From NCBI RefSeq assembly GCF_000315625.1, contig NW_005434561.1:62001-126000 (forward strand): DNA of 64,000 nucleotides. The letters run 5' to 3'. Below the pieces are notes generated by a model. The model did not search any database and was not told where the DNA came from. It saw nothing but the letters and a program-made list of their open reading frames with translations. This DNA is from Guillardia theta CCMP2712. Lineage: Eukaryota > Protista > Cryptophyta. A program made the translations under genes and the position numbers. Of the stretch, positions 56,616-64,000 are shown in pieces. Within the stretch, counting starts at the first letter, position 1; every line of letters starts with the position of its first letter.

Positions 56616-59600
56616 TTACGCCTCATCGTCCATACCTCCCTCCTCGCCTGCCCGTCCTTCCTCGTCTCCTACTTCGCCCTCCCTTCCCTTCCTCCTTCCT
56701 GCTCCTCTTGACTCTCCAGGCTCCATCCTTCGCAGCAGGTCAAACTGCTTCTTCAGTCTCTTCTGCACTATCACAAAGTTCCCGTCGGGGCTGAGGGAGT
56801 AGGGAAACTCCATGAGGCCGTCAGCTATCTTCGCATCCAGGTCGTAGTTCTTGTGCCGGGCAGCCAGCTCGTCTATCTTGGCCCGGTCGCGCGTCTTGAA
56901 CGCAACCTCGACCTCCTTGGCGAGCGGGTAGAGCGCCATCATCAGAGCATACTTCTCGTCGTTCACCGCCATCGTCAGGTACGCTCTCAGCTCGCAGATC
57001 CGGTCGTAGACGGACTCAAGTTTGCGGTCGCTGGGGGGGTCGAAGAGCTTGTTCGGGTCCAGCTGTGGGTATAGGCTCTTCCACTCTTCCTCTTCGAGGT
57101 GGAGCGCGACGGAGAGCTCTAGAGCCTCGAAGTACTTCTTGGTCAGCTCCAGCTCCTTGGTCAGCCTCCTCCTCTCCGCTTTGATCTCGGTGCCGTTGGG
57201 GATTGGCACCCGCATCTTGTGCGCGTAGTCCCACAGGGCGGGGATGATAATCTGGTTCCACTCCGGGGCAGAGAACATCCGGAAGGACTCGTCGACCGTC
57301 CTGTTCCTCTCCTCCTCCGCCATGTCGTCCAGGGTAGGGAAGGGCACGTAGCCCAGCTGGGCTAGCTGGATCCTGTCCTCGCAGGGGAGCTGCATGAGCT
57401 GCGTCTCGTTGCTGAGGTCGAGCTCGAGGGGGGCGATCTTGCCGTTCTCGAACTTGACCCCCTCGAACCAAGGCGCTTTCATCCACCTCTCCTGGTCCAC
57501 CAACTGAAGCGTACCGTCCTCCTCTTCACGCTTTTCTATCCCCATCTCCTTCTCCTCCTCTTCCTCGTCCGCCATTCTGTCATCCCCCGGCTGGCTGACG
57601 TTCTCAGCTTGCACTGCGAGGAGGGAGGCGGCAGGGTCGGTGTACGTGGACGCTGCCGACTTCTCTTTCAGCGCCCCCTGGAGCTGAGGGTAGATGGGAA
57701 AGAACGGCCACACAGCAGCTCTGACGTAGCTGGGGATGAGGTCAGGCATGATGTGGTACCTTCCCACCTTGATGTTGGTGGTCGGTACCCCCTTTTCATC
57801 GATTTGACACCCTCGGTACTGCCCGATGAGCTCGCGCAAATCATCTTCCCCTACTGAGATGTTGCTCAATGCCTGCTGGAGTTCTGCTCTGACCTCCTCG
57901 TCCTGCTCCTCCTGCAGCTTCTTCTTCAGCCAGTACTCGCTGGCCAGGTCCCCCTGGTGGGACTCGCGGACGATGGATCTGATGATGCGTATGGTTTGCG
58001 AGGAGGAGGAGGAGTTCATGAGCTGAGAGAACCGAGACACGACAGGCCCTCTTCTCTCCGCCATCATCTTCTTCCTCTTCCTTAGGTTGGACATCTCCTT
58101 TTTGTAATTCTGCGGCTCGAGCTCCTCCCTCCACAGCCACTTCCCCTCATTCAATGCTCGCGGGGAAGAGGTATCCAACGCGTCCTCCATCGTCCCTTCC
58201 CATCCCCAGTCCTGCAGGATGATCTCCTTGCTCCTGTTCAGCATAATCTCCACCTCCTCCAGGTCGTCTTCGAAGATATCGAGCTCAGTGTGTCCCCTCA
58301 CGTTGCCGTACCCGTCCTCCGGGTAGTCTCCGTCCTGGAACCCAGCCTTGTGCAGCATCTTTCTCGGCCACCAGATCTCGTGGTAGCTATCCCCGGACAC
58401 CATCACGGGGTCTTCGATGTTTGCCTCGCGCGCCTGTTCCCATCCGGGCCGGCAGGTGTTGTTGAAGAAGCGCTTGCCGGGGAGGTAGACGTTGTTCTCC
58501 TCCTCCAAGAACTTGGGCCTGTAGTACGTCAGCCACTTTCTCCCGACTACCGTGCTGTTTCTCAGCTGCAGCCGAGCTCCCCCCTGAGCTGTGATCTTGG
58601 TCTCGAACGCTGCCGTGTGCCGCCACAGGGGAGAGTGCGACACGCTCTCGTTGAAGTAGCAGGAGGAGAAGGAGCATTCCGCGCAGCGGGACATGGCGAC
58701 GGCAGCGCCACCCATGCACCCGTTGCTGTTGAAGACGGAGTCGAGGACCACAACTTCGTTACACTCGTCGACCTTGAGACCGTAGATCTGCGTCTTCTGT
58801 ATGACACACCTGACCAAAGTCGCTATGGCGGCCCCCTCCATCCTCACACCCATGTACGCGAGCTCCAGCCGATCCCACTCGTTGTCCGGCTGGTCGAGGT
58901 AGACGGGACCGCCGATGGCGCAGTCGATGAAGGAGGAGTTGCTAACCTGATAGAACAGACAGCATCATGCTCCTCATCAGACCCATCACCTCCTCGTTCT
59001 CCTCTCCCCCCACTTCCCTTCTACCCCTTGTTTCCATCAAATACCCGTCACCCATTTCCAGATCATCTCCCCCTCCACCCCGCTCTTCTCTTTCCTCGAA
59101 CTCGTCCCTTCCTTCCTCCTCCTCTCTAAGACTCTCACATCGACGGCGTAAACGGCAACTCCGTCGAGGCAAAAGATGTCGCAGGAGACGAACTTCCATC
59201 CGCTCCCCATGATCAGGAAACAGTCCTCCGTCAGGGTTCGAGGTCGAAACCTCTCCCCGACTTCAACTGGCTCCTGGTTTTGGACAGAAGGTTTCAGGTC
59301 TGCTCCTCAGTCAGAGTTCTGAATTCGACTCTTCCCTCTCCTGGTCAATTTTCGTTTCCTCCCTTGTTTGCCCTACTTCCCCTCCCCTCCCCTCCCCTCC
59401 CCTCTCCTCTCCTCTCCTCTCCTCTCTACCTCCCTATTTCTCTATTTCTCTTCCCTCCCTCCCCTCTCCCCCTGCTCTCCACAGCTCCTTTCCCCTCTCT
59501 TCTCTCTTCTCTCTCCTCTACCCCTCCCTTCTCGTTCTCCCTCTCCCTCGCTCCTCTCCCTTCCCTTGCTTCACCCTCTCCTCCTCTCCCCACATTCAAA

Positions 59601-62600
59601 TCACCGCAATGCATCCCCGGATAGCTTCCAGCTCGAGTGTAGCAAGTGAGGTGGTGGAAGAGCCCGGAAGTCTCTTCGCAAAGGAACCACATCCCATGCG
59701 CAAACACGTCTCTCCTCAGCGTGATATTGTGCGCCCTAGTCGTTTGGTTGTCGTTCTCGTCCGTGAACGATTGGATCTCATAGATGACTCCATTTTGCTC
59801 CTCCATCCCGTCCTGCATGCTGAGAGGTCCCACGTTGACAGTTCGATGCTCGTCCTCCCACAGCATCGGGATCTTCGAGCTGGTAGCGTGAACGAACGTC
59901 TTGCCGTACCAAAAGTGGAGGCCAGGATCGAGGAGGATAGTCTGACCGTTCCTGGCTTGCCGAACAGCATGCTCTACCTCTTCGAAGTCATCTGAAGGAC
60001 TCGCGTCAAAGTTTCATACCCAGCTCTCTCTTCCTCCTCGTCCCCTTTTATCTCCACCTCTCCTCCTTCCTCTGTTCCCTTCTTCTCCCCAACCTCGTCT
60101 CCTCATCACTTGCCTGGAACGCGAATAAAATCTCCCTCGGGCGGTGCCGGCAGTTTATCAACCGCCAAGTCGTAATCGTGTTCATCAAATTCACCCTGAG
60201 TAAGAAAACGTGAGGAAAAAGATGTGTGAGAGAGGAGAAGAGAAGGAGAAGAGAAGAGATGATGGGAACGAGGAGAGGAGTTATGCACGAGAGAAAATAG
60301 AGCAATGAAATAGGAGGGGAAGCAGGAGAGGAAGGGGTGTGTGGAGGCGGAGAAAAAGAAGGGAACGCAGGGAGTGGAGAGGGAATGAGCGGAGCGAAAA
60401 TTCAGAGGAAGAGGGTGCAAAAGAGGGGAGGGGGAGAGAGAGAGAGAGTGAGTGAGTGAGTGAGTGAGTGAGTGGAGTAGGGATAGAACAGGAGGGAAGG
60501 TGTAAGGAGAATGGAAGTCAGGGAGGAGGGAACCGAGAGAGAGAGAGAGAGAGAGAGTAGGAGGGGTAAGTTACAAGTCCTGTGGCTGCTCCCGGCTGGT
60601 TGAAGGTGTAGTTCTTGTTTCCGACTTTGATAGTGAAAGGAGCGTAGAGAATGTTCTGATCGATTCTCTGTGTCAGCTCCTTGAGCTGGATTCTTTTCTT
60701 CTCCCTTGTCTTCTCGTCCATCCCCTGCACCCAACATGTCATGCACAGGAGCGGAGAGTGCGAAAGTGGAGAAGAGGGAGGGGACGAAGTGGTGGAGGAA
60801 GTTGTGGAGGAGGAATGGTTTGGCTGGATCGAGGAAAGGAGGACGGAGGAAAGGGGAACGGGCGTACGATGAGAAAAAGGGAGGAGGCGGATAATGAAAA
60901 GAGAATAAAGGACGGTTCGACAGGAGAAAGGAAGAAGGAGAAAACGATGTGAGTATCTCGGAGATGTCAAAAACCATGAGTGTGGTGGTCGATGATGCAG
61001 AGGTTTCTTACAATCACGTCGGCTCGCTTCAGGTCCTCTTCCATCTCATGGCGCACCTATCATGGAGTCAGGTGATGAAAAGTGAGGAGGGTTGATTGTA
61101 AGAGAAAGACTGTGCGGGCCCACCAGCAGCATCTCCTTGACAGTCTCAGAGGAATCCTCCTGTATTGAGTTCAATGGGCGACCAAGAAACGATAGCAAGG
61201 AGGCGGCTGAGAAGGGAGCAGAGGAGATGAGAGGCGATGAATGATAAGGATCAGAAGGAGATACTGGTGTGGTGCGGGTGGAGGTGGAAAAGGAGGAGGA
61301 AGAGGAAAAGGAGGAGGAAGAGGAAAAGGAGGAGGAAGAGGAAGAGGAAGAGGGAGAGGGAGAGGAAGAGGGAGAGGGAGAGGGAGAAGGAGAGGGAGAG
61401 GGGGAGGGAGAGGGGGAGGGAGAGGGAGAGGAAGAGGAAGAGGGGGAGGGGGAGGGGGAGGGAGAGGGAGAGGGAGAGGGAGAGGGAGAGGGAGAGGAAG
61501 AGGAATATGGTTTAAACTACAGCGCTCACCTTTATTTGAGGGCAATCCCAGTATTTATGATGAGTGCTAGGGGTTTGAGTGTCAGCCTCGCCATCATCCA
61601 GTGACTTTTCCTCACCTCTTGCAGAACGAACAAGGCGCGTTGACTTTCTGCATCCATCGCTTCTCGTCGTGCAACTCCCTCAGTTCTTCCACACGAAGTC
61701 AGAGCTCACTCCTTCCCTCACCTCCTCTCCTCTCCTCTTCCTTCCCTTCCCTTCCCTTCCTCTCCTCTCCTCTCCTCTCCTCTCCTCTCCTCTCCATTCC
61801 CCTCCTCTCCATTCCCCTCCTCTCCCCTTCGCTGTCCTTTTCCCCTGCCTTTCACATTTTCTAATTCTCTTGTCTTGCCTACAATTGCCCCTTCCGCATC
61901 CTCTCCCTCCTTGCATGCACCCCATCTTTGAATCCTCCCACCCTCCTCCTCCTCCTGTCCCGCCCTACAGACCTTCCAACGGCTTTCCGGTCATCAGAGA
62001 TAGTCTGCTGAGATGGAAGGGGCTGTGGAAACCTCTTTCAAACCGCGCAAACACCACCCGTACCTTCACCTTGTTGAAGATATGATCTCCGACACGTTGA
62101 CGGTACTTGGAGTAATCATGTATCTATTGGACTCAATCAGACTCACGATTTCCTCGCACCCTTTGCCCTCCTCCTCCTCCTCCTCTCTCTCTCTCTCGCT
62201 CTCTCTCGCTCTCCTCTATCGTCGTTGTCTTCTTCAACCTTCCCGTCCTCGTCCTCCTCTTCCACCCGTCCCCTTCTTCCTCCTCATTCCCCCAGCCTCC
62301 TCTTCTTCCTCCTCCTCCTCCTCAGCTCATGCATTACTGGGCAGGCTGTTGACACTCCCACGGGTGAGCAGGTCCGACCATTTTCCTCGGGATCGTGTGA
62401 TAATGCAGCTGGTTACAAGAGTCACTTGCCAGAAGCATCCTACCTCTCCTACCTTGTTGTTCTCATCTCTTGTGATCACCACATTGCCCAGACAAGGCGT
62501 CTGATGCGTCTTATCAGGTTTGATCTGCTCGATCCTTTCCCAGCAGCCGCCATGCCCGGTTGCAGTTGGAAGTGACGTACCTTGTTTCCGCATGCGCATC

Positions 62601-62748
62601 GTTTAGCGAGGCTGTTCTTTCCTTTCGGCTTCCTCTTGAAGATTCTGGACAGCAAGTGATTCAGCAGCAACTCTCTTGCAGCAGTGCAGCAGCTCTCTTT
62701 CTCTCTCCCTCAACACTCCCATAACCCTTCTCCTCTCTCTGGTTCGGT

Positions 62749-62785
<37 letters not shown>

Positions 62786-63691
62786 TTATTCACTCACGAT
62801 AGTCCTCGCTTCTCGGTCTCTCTCGACGTCAACAGCCTTCCAGTCTCCTCATCAAGCACACGCCTGTCGTTGAACAGCCTTAGCAACATGCAGGAGAAAA
62901 GAGACATGGGGGAGGGAAAGCAATACACGGAATGAAGAGGTATGTGAAATGAAAGAGGCATATGAAATGTAAGAGGATCGGAAAGTGAGAGAGGTATATG
63001 AAGGGAAATGAAAGAGTATGTGGAGGATAGATGGTATGCGCAAGGGGAGATCTGTCTCACTTGATTCTGCCGAAGGTTTCTAGCGACATAGGCTCGGGAT
63101 AAATCATATCTCCATCCTCCCCATATTGAACCTGCAAAGGGCATAGAGCCTGAGGAGCCCCGGACGAGAGAGGAAGAAGAGGAGAAGAGACGCATACAGG
63201 CTCAGGAGGGTAGACATCCGGGTCCAATGATTTCCTCACTTCCTCCATGACACTAACTGCGACACTTGTTGAGACTGCATGTCCGACGACGAAATCAAAC
63301 CTTGTGTGACGTTGAAATAGTAGGGGTCGTCGTCGTCGTAAAGCTCGATCGGCCGCGCCGGCACGTTTATTTTGAACTCTGAATCTGAGTCCAAGTATCC
63401 TCCTCGAAGTCTGAGCAGAGGATAGGATGGATCTGCCGCGAAAGTCATGAATGCGCCGATGTTGTGTTGAGTTACCTGGCTGCATCCCCAACATGTGCCC
63501 ACCAGGGCTCCTGCATATCCTGCCCGTGTTCGTGCGAGCACTTGGTCTGAGAGGAAGGAGGTCAGAGGAAAGCAAGATACGTGTCCGACATGCTGATACG
63601 TCAGGAGCGATGAGTTCTCCACGTTGATGCATAGATGCAAGGAGACTATGCAGATCAGGGCCAGGCGATGGCTCCACATGCCGCTCCTCAT
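56616..63691 (-). CDS. Large signal-peptide protein with LRLRGG motif and probable beta-helix region, many repeat-filled introns (could be two genes)
   Basis: MRSGMWSHRLALICIVSLHLC; YPLLRLRGG; GVRMEGAAIATLVRCVIQKTQIYGLKVDECNEVVVLDSVFNSN; 745-aa ORF. Confidence 0.55.
61280..61830. repeat. Intronic (GAGGGA)n and (CTCTC)n tracts
   Basis: Seen directly. Confidence 0.9.
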
Positions 63692-64000
63692 GATCGCAGG
63701 AGACATCCGTCTCCATCAGCTATGGCAGCAGACCGCTGCGAGATCAGTCATGATCTTCTGTCTCTTACCGCATGACCCTCCTCTCCTCCTCTCTTTTCCT
63801 CCCCTTCATCACAGGGCGCATTGCGGCCGATCGCATCGGACCATTCTGAGGCGGGCTGATGTTCCAGATGAAATGTGAGGGTGGGTGTTCAAATATAGGA
63901 CAGGGGTGGGGGGGGGGGTTGTTTTTCGAAAGCGCTCAATGCGCGGAGACCGATGAAGAGGAGGGGCAAGAAAGGGAGGGAGGAGGAGAGGAGAGAGAAG

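Noticed and set aside
63398-63415. Ubiquitin gene or ubiquitin fusion
   Set aside because: Only the six-residue tail matches; no ubiquitin fold sequence upstream

Overview
Eukaryotic nuclear DNA, gene-dense, with short (~44-60 nt) GT-AG introns and microsatellite-inflated introns. The style suggests a cryptophyte alga such as Guillardia (inference, not verified). Recognisable genes are PRPP synthetase, a class-3 lipase membrane protein, ER Hsp90 (GRP94), mitochondrial Hsp70, DEAD-box helicase DBP7/DDX31, a LisH-WD40 protein, a DNase I-like (EEP) phosphodiesterase, two copies of a double Zn2Cys6 transcription factor and several hypothetical proteins. The main result is at 18535-21376 (-): manual splicing joins a degenerate Topo VI B-like subunit (GHKL + transducer, TOPOVIBL/MTOPVIB type) in frame to a complete SPO11/Top6A, predicting a single-chain B-A meiotic double-strand-break enzyme. 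Also seen: a recent inverted duplication that captures the Zn2Cys6 gene and an antisense GRP94 fragment, a 2.4-kb TIR-bounded element with BAH-like cargo, a dispersed TIR/MITE family, intergenic blocks shaped by short palindromic insertions, and ubiquitin-tail-like LxLRGG motifs after signal peptides. No rRNA, tRNA or CRISPR was recognised. There are two N gaps (14169-14268, 52427-52803). Exon structures were read by eye, and the ends of hypothetical genes are approximate.
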